Positions 20,623 to 31,318 of a stretch of DNA of 64,000 nucleotides are shown here, piece after piece. Position 1 is the stretch's first letter; the number at the start of each line of letters is the position of its first letter. This stretch comes from Desulfobacterales bacterium (lineage in GTDB: Bacteria; Desulfobacterota; Desulfobacteria; Desulfobacterales; UBA5852). The position numbers were made by a program, and so were the translations under genes. The notes beneath the pieces were generated by a model. It did not search any database and was not told the DNA's origin. It saw only the letters and a program-made list of their open reading frames with translations. The stretch covers positions 1,696,001-1,760,000 of the forward strand of contig CAXXVS010000003.1 in assembly GCA_963674755.2 (NCBI GenBank). The letters run 5' to 3'.

Positions 20623-22363
20623 GCCCCACGATATCGTCGCGCAACTGCAGCAGCAATTTCCCCAATCCGGTGCCCAGCTTCAGGAGACCCGGGACGCGAT
20701 ACCGACCCTCTGGGTGAAAGCTGAAGACCTGCGTCCGACCCTGCAGTTTCTCAAGACCGGCCTGGACGATCCCTATAACATGCTCTTCGACCTGACGGCC
20801 GTGGACGAGCGGCTGCGCCGTCACCGGGAAAATCAGCCGGACAGCGATTTTACCGTCGTCTATCACCTGCTGTCGCTGAACCGCAATGCCGATGTCCGCC
20901 TCAAGGTGGCCCTGGCGGGGGAGCACCCGTCGCTCACTAGTATTACCGACCTGTGGCCCGCGGCCAACTGGTACGAACGGGAGGTTTGGGACATGTTCGG
21001 GGTGGTTTTCGACGGGCATCCCCATCTGCGGCGGATCCTGCTGCCGCCTACCTGGGAAGGCCACCCCCTGCGCAAGGAATTCCCGGCCCGGGCCACCGAA
21101 GCCGGCCCGTTCGTGCTGAGCGCCGAACGGCAGGATGCCGAACAGGAGGCCTTGCGCTTTCGCCCGGAGGAATGGGGCATGGCGACGACCGGGGCCGATA
21201 CCGATCTGATGTTCCTTAATTTTGGCCCCCAGCATCCTTCGGCCCACGGCGTCTTCCGTATTCTGCTGCAGCTCGACGGCGAAGAAATCGTCGATGCCGT
21301 ACCCGAGATCGGGTATCACCATCGCGGCGCCGAAAAGATGGCCGAACGGCAGACCTGGCACACTTTTATCCCCTATACCGACCGCATCGACTACCTGGGC
21401 GGGGTCATGAACAACCTGCCTTACGTGCTGGCGGTGGAGAAATTGGCCGGCATCCGGGTGCCGGAGCGGGTCGAAGTCATCCGGGTCATGCTGGTGGAGT
21501 TCTTCCGCATTGCCAGCCACCTGGTCTGGTACGGCACCTTCGCCCAGGATATCGGGATGATGTCCCCGGTGTTCTATATGTTCAACGATCGGGAACGGAT
21601 CTTCGACATTATCGCGGCCATCACCGGCGGCCGCATGCATCCGGCCTGGTTCCGCATCGGCGGGTTGGCCCATGATCTGCCCCGGGGGTGGGATACCATG
21701 GTGCGGGATTTTCTCGATTCCATGCCTCCCCACCTGAAAGAGTACGACGAACTGGTCATGCAAAACCGCATGATCAAGGCCCGTACCCAGGGGGTGGGGG
21801 CCTATTCCCTGGCGGAGGCCGTGGAGTGGGGGGTCACCGGTCCGGGGCTGCGGGCCTGCGGACTGGAATGGGACCTGCGCAAGAAAAGACCCTACAGCGG
21901 CTACGAGCGCTTCGCGTTCGACATCCCCACCGGCCGTTGCGGCGACTGCTACGACCGCGCCGTGGTACGGATCGAAGAGATCCGCCAGAGTCTGCGGATT
22001 ATCCGCCAATGTCTGGACAACATGCCGGAGGGCTCATACAAGGCCGACCATCCCTTGGCGGTGCCGCCGCGCAGGGCACGCACGCTCGAAGATATCGAGA
22101 CCCTGATCACCCATTTTCTGGCGGTCGGCTGGGGACCGGTGATGCCCCCCGGCGAAGCCATGGTCACCGTCGAAGCCACCAAGGGCTGGAACGCCTATTA
22201 TCTGACCAGCGACGGCGGCACCCAGTCCTACCGGACCCGCATCCGCACGCCGTCCTTTGCGCACCTGCAGATGATTCCGCAGTTCTGCCGTGGGATCCTG
22301 ATCGCCGACCTGGTGGCGATCCTGGGCAGCATCGACTATGTCATGGCGGATGTGGACCGTTAA
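20615..22363 (+). CDS. nuoCD: Fused NADH-quinone oxidoreductase subunit C/D
   Basis: '[12 protein letters not shown]...GHPLRK' (C) and '[11 protein letters not shown]', 'GYHHRGAEK', 'ADVDR' (D). Confidence 0.96.
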   Translation: MAEPHDIVAQLQQQFPQSGAQLQETRDAIPTLWVKAEDLRPTLQFLKTGLDDPYNMLFDLTAVDERLRRHRENQPDSDFTVVYHLLSLNRNADVRLKVALAGEHPSLTSITDLWPAANWYEREVWDMFGVVFDGHPHLRRILLPPTWEGHPLRKEFPARATEAGPFVLSAERQDAEQEALRFRPEEWGMATTGADTDLMFLNFGPQHPSAHGVFRILLQLDGEEIVDAVPEIGYHHRGAEKMAERQTWHTFIPYTDRIDYLGGVMNNLPYVLAVEKLAGIRVPERVEVIRVMLVEFFRIASHLVWYGTFAQDIGMMSPVFYMFNDRERIFDIIAAITGGRMHPAWFRIGGLAHDLPRGWDTMVRDFLDSMPPHLKEYDELVMQNRMIKARTQGVGAYSLAEAVEWGVTGPGLRACGLEWDLRKKRPYSGYERFAFDIPTGRCGDCYDRAVVRIEEIRQSLRIIRQCLDNMPEGSYKADHPLAVPPRRARTLEDIETLITHFLAVGWGPVMPPGEAMVTVEATKGWNAYYLTSDGGTQSYRTRIRTPSFAHLQMIPQFCRGILIADLVAILGSIDYVMADVDR

Positions 22364-22504
22364 CCGGCCGGGGCTAAACGGCCCAACCGGCCGAAATGTG
22401 GCGTTGCCGCCCCTTTCGCCCAGTTGGCGATCCACGGCCGGTCAAACCTGGCACCAGGTTTCGGAAATGATGGACCGAACCGACAACGCAGGAAGAACAA
22501 CCGC

Positions 22505-22969
22505 ATGCTGACAGCCGAGGAAATCGAAGAAATCAAAGCCGAATACCCCCGCTACGAACAGCGGCAGGCGGTCTCGGTGGAGGCCCTGAAAGTCGTCCAG
22601 CGCCACCGCGGGTGGGTGTCCGATGAGGCCCTGGCGGATGTGGCCTGCCTGCTGGAGATGGACGTGGCCGAACTGGACGCCGTGGCCACCTTCTACAACC
22701 TGATTTACCGCAAGCCGGTGGGCCGGCACGTGATTCTGGTCTGCAACAGCGTGAGCTGCTGGGTCATGGGCGGGGAGACGATCCGCGAATGTCTCGAAGC
22801 GCGTCTGGGCATCAGGCTGGGCGAAACCACCCCGGACGGCCGGTTTACCCTGCTGCCGGTGGTCTGCCTGGGGGCCTGTCATCAGGCCCCGGCCATGATG
22901 ATCGACGACGATCTTCATCACCATCTGGATCCGGCGAAAATCGACGCGATCCTGGAAACGTATCAATAG
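22505..22969 (+). CDS. nuoE: NADH-quinone oxidoreductase subunit E
   Basis: 'VATFYNLI', 'CNSVSC', 'CLGAC' 2Fe-2S ligands. Confidence 0.95.
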   Translation: MLTAEEIEEIKAEYPRYEQRQAVSVEALKVVQRHRGWVSDEALADVACLLEMDVAELDAVATFYNLIYRKPVGRHVILVCNSVSCWVMGGETIRECLEARLGIRLGETTPDGRFTLLPVVCLGACHQAPAMMIDDDLHHHLDPAKIDAILETYQ

Positions 22970-22984
22970 AGGCCCTAAACCGGT

Positions 22985-24256
22985 ATGGAAACGCCCCTGA
23001 CCGAACACATTCACCCGGACAAGCCCCCCCTGGATATCGACGCCTATCGTAAAGTCGGCGGCTACGCGGCCCTGGACCAGGCGCTGCGCATGGCCCCCGA
23101 GGATATCATCCGCCAGGTGGAGGAGGCCCACCTGCGCGGCCGCGGCGGAGCCGGTTTTCCCACGGGCCGCAAGTGGAGTTTCATCCCCAAGGGCCCCGAC
23201 GCCGTCCACCCCAAATACATCGTGGTCAACGCGGACGAGATGGAGCCGGCCACCTTCAAGGACCGGGTCTTGCTGGAGGGCAACCCCCACCAGCTCATCG
23301 AAGGCATCGTCATAGCGGCCTGCGCCGTGCAGGCGGACATCGGCTACGTGTTTCTGCGGCAGGCCTACCGGCGCGCGGAAAGACGCCTGCGGCGGGCCCT
23401 GGCCGAGGCCTACCACGAGGGCTGGCTGGGGCGCGACATCCAAGGCAGCGGATTCAGTTTCGACCTTCACCTGCATGTGAGTGCCGGGCGCTATATCTGC
23501 GGCGAGGAAACCGCGCTGATCAGCGCGCTGGAAGGCCGGCGCCCGGTGCCGCGCGCCAAACCGCCCTTTCCCCCGGTGGCGGGCCTGTGGGGCAAACCCA
23601 CCGTGGTCAACAATGTGGAAACCCTTTGCAACGTCCCGCACATTCTGCGCAAAGGCCCCGAGTGGTTCCGCGGCCTGAGCCGCTGCGGGGACGGCGGCAC
23701 CAAGATCTACGGCGCCAGCGGCCGGGTGCAGCGCCCGGGGGCCTGGGAGCTGCCCATGGGGACCCCCATGCGTGAGATTTTCGAAGACCGGGCCGGCGGT
23801 ATGGCCGAAGGCTATCGTTTCCGGGGGGTCATTCCCGGGGGCGGCTCCACCGATTTTCTGGTCGAAGCGCATCTGGATACTCCCATGGATTTCGATTCGA
23901 TCCAGAAGGCCGGCAGCCGTATGGGCACCGGCTGCATCCTGGTGCTCGACGACCGAACCTGCCCGGTGGGCATGGTGCTCAACCTGATGCGGTTTTTCGC
24001 TCAGGAATCCTGCGGCTGGTGCACCCCCTGCCGGGAAGGCCTGCCCTGGATCGTGCGCCTTCTGGAGGCCATCGAATGCGGCCAGGGGATTGCCGCGGAC
24101 CTGGAGCAGCTGCGCCGCCACGCGGAACTCCTGGCGCCGGGGCATACCTTTTGTGCCCTGGCACCGGGGGCTGTCGAGCCGCTCAGCAGCGCCCTGCACT
24201 ACTTCGAAGCGGATTTCGAGCGCCACATCCGCCAACACCGCTGTCCGTGGAGCTGA
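22985..24256 (+). CDS. nuoF: NADH-quinone oxidoreductase subunit F
   Basis: 'LRGRGGAGFPTG', 'YICGEETAL', 'ESCGWCTPCREG'. Confidence 0.97.
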   Translation: METPLTEHIHPDKPPLDIDAYRKVGGYAALDQALRMAPEDIIRQVEEAHLRGRGGAGFPTGRKWSFIPKGPDAVHPKYIVVNADEMEPATFKDRVLLEGNPHQLIEGIVIAACAVQADIGYVFLRQAYRRAERRLRRALAEAYHEGWLGRDIQGSGFSFDLHLHVSAGRYICGEETALISALEGRRPVPRAKPPFPPVAGLWGKPTVVNNVETLCNVPHILRKGPEWFRGLSRCGDGGTKIYGASGRVQRPGAWELPMGTPMREIFEDRAGGMAEGYRFRGVIPGGGSTDFLVEAHLDTPMDFDSIQKAGSRMGTGCILVLDDRTCPVGMVLNLMRFFAQESCGWCTPCREGLPWIVRLLEAIECGQGIAADLEQLRRHAELLAPGHTFCALAPGAVEPLSSALHYFEADFERHIRQHRCPWS

Positions 24257-24259
24257 TCT

Positions 24260-26986
24260 ATGCCCACCATTATCGTGAATGACGCCCCCTATGAAGTCCG
24301 GGAAGGTCAGAACCTGCTGCAGGCCTGCCTGTCGCTGGGGTTCGATATTCCGTACTTCTGCTGGCATCCGGCCTTGCACGCGGTCGGCGCCTGCCGCCAG
24401 TGCGCGGTCAAACAATTCCGAGACGGCGCCGACCGGCATGGCGATATCGTCATGGCCTGCATGACGCCGGCCGCCGAAGGCACCCGCATCGCGATCGACG
24501 ATCCGGACGCCAAGGCGTTTCGTGCCTCCGTGATCGAATGGCTGATGATCAACCACCCCCACGACTGCCCGGTCTGTGACGAGGGCGGCGAGTGCCACCT
24601 GCAGGACATGACGGTCATGACGGGGCACAATTACCGCCGCTACCGCTTTACCAAGCGCACTTTCCGCAACCAGGATCTGGGCCCTTTCATCAACCACGAG
24701 ATGAACCGCTGCATCCAGTGCTACCGCTGCCGGCGCTTCTATCGGGATTATGCCGGCGGGACGGATTTCGAGGTCTTCGGCAGCCATGACCGGCTCTACT
24801 TCGGCCGGCCCCAGGAAGGCCCCCTGGAGAGCGAATTCAGCGGCAACCTGGCGGAGGTCTGCCCCACCGGGGTCTTCACCGACAAGACTTTCAAAGCCCA
24901 TTCCAGTCGCCAATGGGACCTGCAAGTCGCCCCTTCGGTCTGCGTGCACTGCGGGCTGGGCTGCAACACCCTGCCCGGCGAGCGCTACGGCGAACTGCGT
25001 CGAATCCGCAACCGCTACCATGCCCGCCTGAACGGCTATTTCCTCTGCGACCGGGGCCGCTTCGGCTATGACTTCGTCAACAGCGAGCGCCGCATCCGCC
25101 GCCCCCTGTTGCAAGCCGACGGCACGGCAGGGCAGGCGCCCGGCTCCCCTGAGGCGGCCCTGCAACAGGCCGCGGCCTGGTTCAGCGAAGGCCGGCCCGT
25201 GATCGGCATCGGGTCGCCCCGGGCGTCGCTGGAAGCCAATTTCGCGTTGCGCGCGCTGGTGGGGGAAGCCAATTTCTACGCCGGGCTGGCCGGCAACGAG
25301 CTGACCCTGCTGGAGGCTATCCTGGCCACCCTGCAGCGCGGTCCGGTGCCCGCCGCGGACCTGCAGGAGGTCAGTCAGGCCGACACCGTCCTGGTGCTGG
25401 GTGAAGACCTCACCAACACCGCCCCGCTCCTGGACCTGGCTTTGCGGCAGCTCGAACGCCCGGTCGGTTTTGGTCGCGCCGCCCGGATCCAAGTCCCGGT
25501 CTGGAATGCCGCCGGCCACCAGGCCGTGGTCCAACAGGAAAAGGCCCCTTTGTGGATCGCCACGCCTTGTGTCACGAAACTGGATACCATTGCCAGTGGC
25601 ATTCATCGCGCTTCGCCGGCCGGTCTGGCGCGCCTGGGCCAGGCCATCGCCCACCGGCTGGATGCGCAGATCTCTGACGTTCCGGAACTCGATGACGTCG
25701 CAACCGCGCTGGCCGAGCAGATCAGCGCTGCGCTGGCCGCGGCCAAGCGTCCGGTGGTGATCTGTGGGACGAGCACCGGCTGTCGCGCCCTGGTGGAAAC
25801 CGCCGCCAACATCGCCTGGGCGCTCCATTCCGGGGGGCGGTCGGCGCGGATCGTGCTGACGGTGCCGGAGTGCAACAGTATGGGACTTGCCCTGCTGCAG
25901 CCGGCCGGTGGGCTGGAGGCCGCTCTGGAACGCCTAACGGGCGAGCCGGCGCCGGCGGTCGTGGTGCTGGAAAACGACCTCTTCCGGCGGGCGCCGGCCG
26001 ACCAGGTGGAGGCTCTCTTGAGCCGTGCTGCCGGGTGCGCCGTGATCGACCACACGTTGACCGCCACCGGGGAGCGGGCGCCGGTGGTGCTGCCGGCGGC
26101 CACCTATGCAGAGTGTACCGGGACCCTGATCAACAACGAGGGCAGGGCCCAGCGGTTTTTCCAGGTGTTGCCCCCGGCCGGAGAGGTACAGGCCAGCTGG
26201 CGCTGGATCCGTGATCTGGCCGCGGCGGCCGGCCGGACGGAGATGGCCGCCTGGCAGCGGCGGGACGACGTGCAGGCGGCCATGGTCCAGGCCCTTACGC
26301 TCCTGCAGGGCGTTGAAGCGGCCGCCCCCGGTTGGAATTTTCGTGTGCTGGGGGACAAAATTCCACGGCAGGGGTTCCGCTACAGCGGCCGGACCGCCAT
26401 CCAGGCCCAGATCGACGTGCACGAACCGGCACCGCCCCCGGACCCGGATGCGCCCCTGAATTTTTCCATGGAAGGCTACGGCGGCACGCCGCCGCCGGCC
26501 CTGCTCTCCCATTATTGGGCGCCCGGGTGGAATTCGGTCCAGTCCCTGAACAAGTTCCAGGAGGAAATCGCCGGGCCCCTGCGGGGGGGCGATGCGGGCG
26601 AGCGCCTCCTAAAGCCGGCCCTGCAGCAAGAGATTCCCTACCATCCCGCCGCGTCGGCCGTGTCCCGGGATGGAGAGGATCGCTGGCAGGCGGTTCGGCT
26701 GTACGAAATTTACGGGTCCGAGGAGTTGAGCGTGATCGCCCCGGCCGTGGCCGAACGGGTTCCCGCGGCCTACGTCGCTTTGGGACCGGAAGAAGCGGCC
26801 GCGCTGCAGATCGCTGAAGGGGAGCTGCTGCGGATCGGCCTGGACGACCGGGCCCTGATGCTGCCCGCCCGCCTGCGCCCCGGGCTGCCGGCCCGAACGG
26901 TGGGCCTGCCCTGGGGCGTGCCCGGCCTGCCCTACTGGGACGAGGCCACCCGCATCACTGTTTCCAAGGACGGACGTCATGAATGA
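24260..26986 (+). CDS. nuoG: NADH-quinone oxidoreductase subunit G (long form, N7 cluster motif)
   Basis: 'GACRQC', 'HPHDCPVCDEGGEC', 'CIQCYRC', 'CVHCGLGC...CDRGR'. 908 aa. Confidence 0.96.
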   Translation: MPTIIVNDAPYEVREGQNLLQACLSLGFDIPYFCWHPALHAVGACRQCAVKQFRDGADRHGDIVMACMTPAAEGTRIAIDDPDAKAFRASVIEWLMINHPHDCPVCDEGGECHLQDMTVMTGHNYRRYRFTKRTFRNQDLGPFINHEMNRCIQCYRCRRFYRDYAGGTDFEVFGSHDRLYFGRPQEGPLESEFSGNLAEVCPTGVFTDKTFKAHSSRQWDLQVAPSVCVHCGLGCNTLPGERYGELRRIRNRYHARLNGYFLCDRGRFGYDFVNSERRIRRPLLQADGTAGQAPGSPEAALQQAAAWFSEGRPVIGIGSPRASLEANFALRALVGEANFYAGLAGNELTLLEAILATLQRGPVPAADLQEVSQADTVLVLGEDLTNTAPLLDLALRQLERPVGFGRAARIQVPVWNAAGHQAVVQQEKAPLWIATPCVTKLDTIASGIHRASPAGLARLGQAIAHRLDAQISDVPELDDVATALAEQISAALAAAKRPVVICGTSTGCRALVETAANIAWALHSGGRSARIVLTVPECNSMGLALLQPAGGLEAALERLTGEPAPAVVVLENDLFRRAPADQVEALLSRAAGCAVIDHTLTATGERAPVVLPAATYAECTGTLINNEGRAQRFFQVLPPAGEVQASWRWIRDLAAAAGRTEMAAWQRRDDVQAAMVQALTLLQGVEAAAPGWNFRVLGDKIPRQGFRYSGRTAIQAQIDVHEPAPPPDPDAPLNFSMEGYGGTPPPALLSHYWAPGWNSVQSLNKFQEEIAGPLRGGDAGERLLKPALQQEIPYHPAASAVSRDGEDRWQAVRLYEIYGSEELSVIAPAVAERVPAAYVALGPEEAAALQIAEGELLRIGLDDRALMLPARLRPGLPARTVGLPWGVPGLPYWDEATRITVSKDGRHE

Positions 26987-27932
26987 GATCCTGCGACAGG
27001 TGCTGATCGTCTTGGTCGTGATGGGGGGCGCCCTGGCCACCGCCGCCATCCTGATCTGGCTCGAACGGCGGCTGCTGGGCATCTGGCAGGACCGCCTGGG
27101 CCCCAACCGGGTAGGACCGCTGGGTCTTTTGCAGCCCCTGGCGGATGTGGTCAAGATCCTGACCAAGGAGGACTGGATTCCGCCCTTTGCGGATCGCCCC
27201 GTATTCGTGATCGCGCCCACCATCGTGGTCCTGGCGGCGCTGATCGCCTTTGCGGTCATCCCTGTCACGCCGACGATCGTGGTGGTCGACCTGGACGTCG
27301 GCCTGCTCTTCGTCCTGGCCATGTTCTCCCTGGGGGTTTACAGCGTCGTGCTCGGCGGGTGGGCCTCGCGCAGCAAGTACGCGCTGCTGGGGGGGCTGCG
27401 GGCCGCCGCCCAGCTGTTGAGCTACGAAGTCTTCATGGGGCTCTCCCTGATGGGGGTGGTCATGCTGGCGGGCTCCTTCAACCTGGGGGACATCGTGGCG
27501 GCCCAGAAGGGGATGTGGTTCTGCATCCCGCAGTTTCCGGGGCTGGTGATCTTCCTGATCGCCGGCCTGGCCGAGACCCACCGGCTGCCGCTGGATATCC
27601 CGGAGGCCGAGACCGAGCTGGTGGCCGGCTACCACACGGAATACTCGGGCATGAAGTTCGGCCTGTTTTTTGTGGGCGAGTATCTGGGCATCACGTTCAC
27701 GTCGGCCTTTATCGTGACGCTGTTCTTCGGGGGCTGGTCCGGTCCGCTGCTGCCCCCCATCGTCTGGTTCGTCGGCAAGTGTCTGTTCTTCATCTGCGGC
27801 TTTATCCTGGTGCGGGGCGCTCTGCCGCGGCCGCGCTACGACCAGTTGATGGACATCGCCTGGAAGCTCCTGCTGCCCCTGGCCCTGCTGAACATCGTCA
27901 TCACGGCCGGCATTCTGCTGATCATGGGGTGA
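26979..27932 (+). CDS. nuoH: NADH-quinone oxidoreductase subunit H
   Basis: 'ERRLLGIWQDRLGPNRVG', 'PEAETELVAGYHTEYSG', 'PRPRYDQ'. Confidence 0.96.
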   Translation: MNEILRQVLIVLVVMGGALATAAILIWLERRLLGIWQDRLGPNRVGPLGLLQPLADVVKILTKEDWIPPFADRPVFVIAPTIVVLAALIAFAVIPVTPTIVVVDLDVGLLFVLAMFSLGVYSVVLGGWASRSKYALLGGLRAAAQLLSYEVFMGLSLMGVVMLAGSFNLGDIVAAQKGMWFCIPQFPGLVIFLIAGLAETHRLPLDIPEAETELVAGYHTEYSGMKFGLFFVGEYLGITFTSAFIVTLFFGGWSGPLLPPIVWFVGKCLFFICGFILVRGALPRPRYDQLMDIAWKLLLPLALLNIVITAGILLIMG

Positions 27933-28017
27933 GCCTGGCGAGGATCCCGAAGCAACCCACGGATCAACCCATGGATCGGCCGGAAACGGCGGATAAAGGG
28001 GAAAAAGAGGTAACCCG

Positions 28018-28533
28018 TTGCTGAGTCTACTGAAATCCATATGGATCGTGCTGCGGCACACCTTCCGGCGCAAGGTGACCATTCGTTATCCGGAGGAGCC
28101 GATTCCGCTGCCGCCGCGTTTTCGCGGGCGCATCATCCTGTCCCGCGATCCCGATGGCCAGGAACGTTGCGTGGCCTGCTATCTCTGCGCGGCGGCCTGC
28201 CCGGTGGACTGTATTGCCCTGCAGGCCACCCAGGACGAACACGGCCGCCGCTATCCGGCCTTTTTCCGCATCAATTTTTCGCGCTGCATCCTGTGCGGCT
28301 TCTGCGAAGAGGCCTGCCCGACGGATGCCATCCAGCTGACGCCGGATTTCGCCTACGTGGAGTACGAGCGGCCCAACTTCGTCTACGAAAAGGAAGATCT
28401 TCTGATCAGCGGATGCGGCAAATACCCGGATTACAATTTCTACCGGGTGGCCGGTATGGCCATCGGCGGCAAGGACAAGGGCGCGGCCCGCAACGAGACG
28501 CCGCCCCAGGATGTCCATAGCCTGCTGCCGTGA
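28018..28533 (+). CDS. nuoI: NADH-quinone oxidoreductase subunit I
   Basis: Two CxxCxxCxxxCP motifs. TTG start with SD AGAGG. Confidence 0.95.
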   Translation: MLSLLKSIWIVLRHTFRRKVTIRYPEEPIPLPPRFRGRIILSRDPDGQERCVACYLCAAACPVDCIALQATQDEHGRRYPAFFRINFSRCILCGFCEEACPTDAIQLTPDFAYVEYERPNFVYEKEDLLISGCGKYPDYNFYRVAGMAIGGKDKGAARNETPPQDVHSLLP

Positions 28534-28597
28534 GGCCGGGCGCAATGCAATCCCCTGCCGGAGCAGGGGAACCAACTTCCAACGAGGTGCAGGAACC

Positions 28598-29116
28598 ATG
28601 GAAATCGTATTTTATCCGGTCGCCGTGGTGGCCGTGGTCGCCACCCTGATGGTGATCGTGCAGACCAATCCGGTGCATGCCCTGCTGTACCTGATCGTGT
28701 CGCTCCTGGCGGTGGCGCTGATCTTCTACCTTCTGGGGGCGCCCTTCGCCGCCGCCCTGGAGGTGATTCTTTACGCCGGCGCCATTTTAGTGCTGTTCGT
28801 GTTCGTCATCATGATGCTGAACGTGGGGGCGGACACCATCGCGGCCGAACACCGCCTTTTCCACACCGGCATCTGGACCGGCCCGCTGGTGCTGGGGGTC
28901 GTCCTGCTGGCCGAGCTGGTCTATGTCCTGATGACCTTCGACGCCCGGACGGCCGGCGGGGCCGCGGTGGAAGCCAAGGCGGTGGCTGTGGCCATGTTCG
29001 GTCCCTACCTGCTGGGGGTGGAACTGGCCTCCCTTCTGCTGCTGGCCGGTCTGGTGGGGGCCCACCATCTGGGACGCGGCTGGAACCTGGAGCGGCCGGC
29101 CGGGGGAGGTGCCTGA
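28598..29116 (+). CDS. nuoJ: NADH-quinone oxidoreductase subunit J
   Basis: 'NPVHALLYL', 'YAGAILVLFVFVIMML'. Confidence 0.95.
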   Translation: MEIVFYPVAVVAVVATLMVIVQTNPVHALLYLIVSLLAVALIFYLLGAPFAAALEVILYAGAILVLFVFVIMMLNVGADTIAAEHRLFHTGIWTGPLVLGVVLLAELVYVLMTFDARTAGGAAVEAKAVAVAMFGPYLLGVELASLLLLAGLVGAHHLGRGWNLERPAGGGA

Positions 29117-29424
29117 TGCTGTCGCTGCCCCTGTTCCATACCATGGCGCTGGCCGGGGTGCTGTTTGTGATCGGGCTGATCGGCGTGCTCGTGCGGCGCA
29201 ACCTGATCTTCATGCTGATGTCCATCGAGATCATGCTGAACGCCGCCGGACTGGCGTTTGTGGCCGCCGGGGCGCGCTGGGCCGCTCCCGACGGGCAGAT
29301 CATGTTTTTGTTCATCGTTGCCATGGCCGCGGCCGAAGTTTCGGTGGGGTTGGCGCTGGTGCTGCAGCTCTATCACCGGCTGAAAACCCTCGACACGCAT
29401 GCGGCCGGGACTCTGCGAGGCTGA
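29116..29424 (+). CDS. nuoK: NADH-quinone oxidoreductase subunit K
   Basis: 'RRNLIFMLMSIEIMLNA', 'AAAEVSVGLAL'. Confidence 0.96.
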   Translation: MLSLPLFHTMALAGVLFVIGLIGVLVRRNLIFMLMSIEIMLNAAGLAFVAAGARWAAPDGQIMFLFIVAMAAAEVSVGLALVLQLYHRLKTLDTHAAGTLRG

Positions 29425-29425
29425 T

Positions 29426-31318
29426 ATGATGGAATGGCTCTGGCTGGTGCCGACCTTACCGTTTGCGGGATTTCTGGTGTTGTCGCTGGGCGGCGGCCGT
29501 CTGCCCCGAGGCGCCATCGGCGCGGTGGGGGCCGGATCGGTGGGTTTGGCGGCCCTGCTGGCCCTGGGCATCGCGACCGAATTTATGGGCGCGCCGCCGC
29601 CGGACGGTTTTTTCCAACTGTCCCTGTGGGACTGGCTGCGCGCCGGCCCCCTGGATGTGTCCGTGGCCCTGTACCTGGATCCCCTGGCAATCGTCATGAT
29701 GCTGGTGGTGACGGTGGTGGGCTTTCTCATTCACCTCTATTCCACCGAGTTCATGCGCGAGGAGGAGGGCCTCCGGCGCTTTTTCGCCTATATGAACCTG
29801 TTTGTCGGATCCATGCTGGTCCTGGTTCTGGCGGACAACCTCCTGCTGCTCTACCTGGGCTGGGAGGGGGTCGGGATGTGCAGCTACCTGCTGATCGGTT
29901 TCTGGTACAGCGACCCGGCCAACGGCTATGCCGCCCGCAAGGCCTTCGTGGTGACCCGGGTCGGCGACACCGCCATGGCGGTGGGTCTGTTTCTGCTGTT
30001 TTCCCAGTTGGGCACGCTGCAGATCCAGGAGATCCTGGTCAAGGCCGATCAAAGCTGGGCCGTCGGATCGCTGCTGCCCACGGCCGTGGCGCTGCTCCTG
30101 CTGGGCGGCGCGGTGGGCAAATCGGCCCAGCTGCCGCTGCAGACCTGGCTGCCCGATGCCATGGCCGGCCCCTCGCCGGTGAGTGCCCTGATCCATGCCG
30201 CCACCATGGTCACGGCCGGGGTCTACCTGGTCGCCCGCACCCACACCCTTTTCGCCCTGGCGCCGGCCGTGCAGACCCTGGTGGCCGTCGTGGGGGCCGC
30301 CACCCTGCTGCTGGCCGGCTGCAGCGGGCTGGTGCAGCGCGACATCAAGCGGGTCCTGGCCTATTCCACCATCAGCCAGATCGGCTATATGTTCCTGGCC
30401 CTGGGGGTCGGGGCCTGGTCGGCGGCCCTGTTCCATTTCATGATCCATGCCTTTTTCAAGGCCCTGCTGTTTCTCGGGGCCGGGGCGGTGATCATGGCCA
30501 TGGACCACGAACACGACATGTTCCGTATGGGCGGTCTGCGCCACCGGCTGCCGGTGACCTTCTGGACCTTCCTGATCGGCTCTTCGGCCCTGGCGGCGCT
30601 GCCCCTGGTCACGGCCGGATTCTACAGCAAAGATCTGATTATCTGGCAGAGCTACGCCTCGGTCCTGGGTGGCCCCTGGCTGTGGTCGGCCGCCGTGGCC
30701 GGGGCTCTGCTGACGTCCATGTACACCTTCCGGATGGTGATCCTGACCTTTTTCGGACCGCCCGGGCGGCCGGTACACAAGCGGCCGGGCTGGCGGATGA
30801 AGCTGCCCATGATCGTCCTGGCGGTGTTGTCCCTGGTGGGCGGGTTCATCGAACTGCCCGAAACCATGGGTCACGTGCAGCTGTTTTCAAATTTCATGCA
30901 CGGTTCGCTGCCCCCCGTGGTGCTGGCCAGCGCCCGTCAGGGGCAGGAAGGGATTTTTGCCTTAATGTCCGGCCTGGTTTCCGTAGGCGGCATTCTTCTG
31001 ATCATCGTGCTGCTGCGGCCGGCTGCGGGGCTGACCCGCGCGGCGGCGGCCTCTCCGGTGGGCGCGGCGCTCCAACGCTGGTGGTTCGGCGGGTGGGGAT
31101 TTGACGGGCTCTATGATTTCCTGATCGTACGTCCCTACGTCCGGCTGGCCATCCTCGACCGCGACGACGTCATCGACGGGCTTTTTCGCGGGATCGGGGC
31201 CCTCACGCAATGGGGCCATCGGGCCCTGGCCGTTACCCAGACCGGCATGATCCGTTCCTATGTGGCGGCGGTGGCCTGGGGGGCGGTGATCGTTCTAGGA
31301 TTGGCGGTGCTCTTATGA
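29426..31318 (+). CDS. nuoL: NADH-quinone oxidoreductase subunit L
   Basis: 'GKSAQLPLQTWLPDAMAGPSPVSALIHAATMVTAG', 'HAFFKALLF'. Confidence 0.96.
   Translation: MMEWLWLVPTLPFAGFLVLSLGGGRLPRGAIGAVGAGSVGLAALLALGIATEFMGAPPPDGFFQLSLWDWLRAGPLDVSVALYLDPLAIVMMLVVTVVGFLIHLYSTEFMREEEGLRRFFAYMNLFVGSMLVLVLADNLLLLYLGWEGVGMCSYLLIGFWYSDPANGYAARKAFVVTRVGDTAMAVGLFLLFSQLGTLQIQEILVKADQSWAVGSLLPTAVALLLLGGAVGKSAQLPLQTWLPDAMAGPSPVSALIHAATMVTAGVYLVARTHTLFALAPAVQTLVAVVGAATLLLAGCSGLVQRDIKRVLAYSTISQIGYMFLALGVGAWSAALFHFMIHAFFKALLFLGAGAVIMAMDHEHDMFRMGGLRHRLPVTFWTFLIGSSALAALPLVTAGFYSKDLIIWQSYASVLGGPWLWSAAVAGALLTSMYTFRMVILTFFGPPGRPVHKRPGWRMKLPMIVLAVLSLVGGFIELPETMGHVQLFSNFMHGSLPPVVLASARQGQEGIFALMSGLVSVGGILLIIVLLRPAAGLTRAAAASPVGAALQRWWFGGWGFDGLYDFLIVRPYVRLAILDRDDVIDGLFRGIGALTQWGHRALAVTQTGMIRSYVAAVAWGAVIVLGLAVLL

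Noticed and set aside
22442..25828. 1128-aa antisense ORF and other long shadow ORFs over the nuo, carboxylase, ABC and gnd genes
   Set aside because: Mirror-frame artefacts of GC-rich codon usage opposite clearly conserved genes.
27952..27977. 12-bp tandem repeat CAACCCAYGGAT between nuoH and nuoI
   Set aside because: Only two units and no other support for function.
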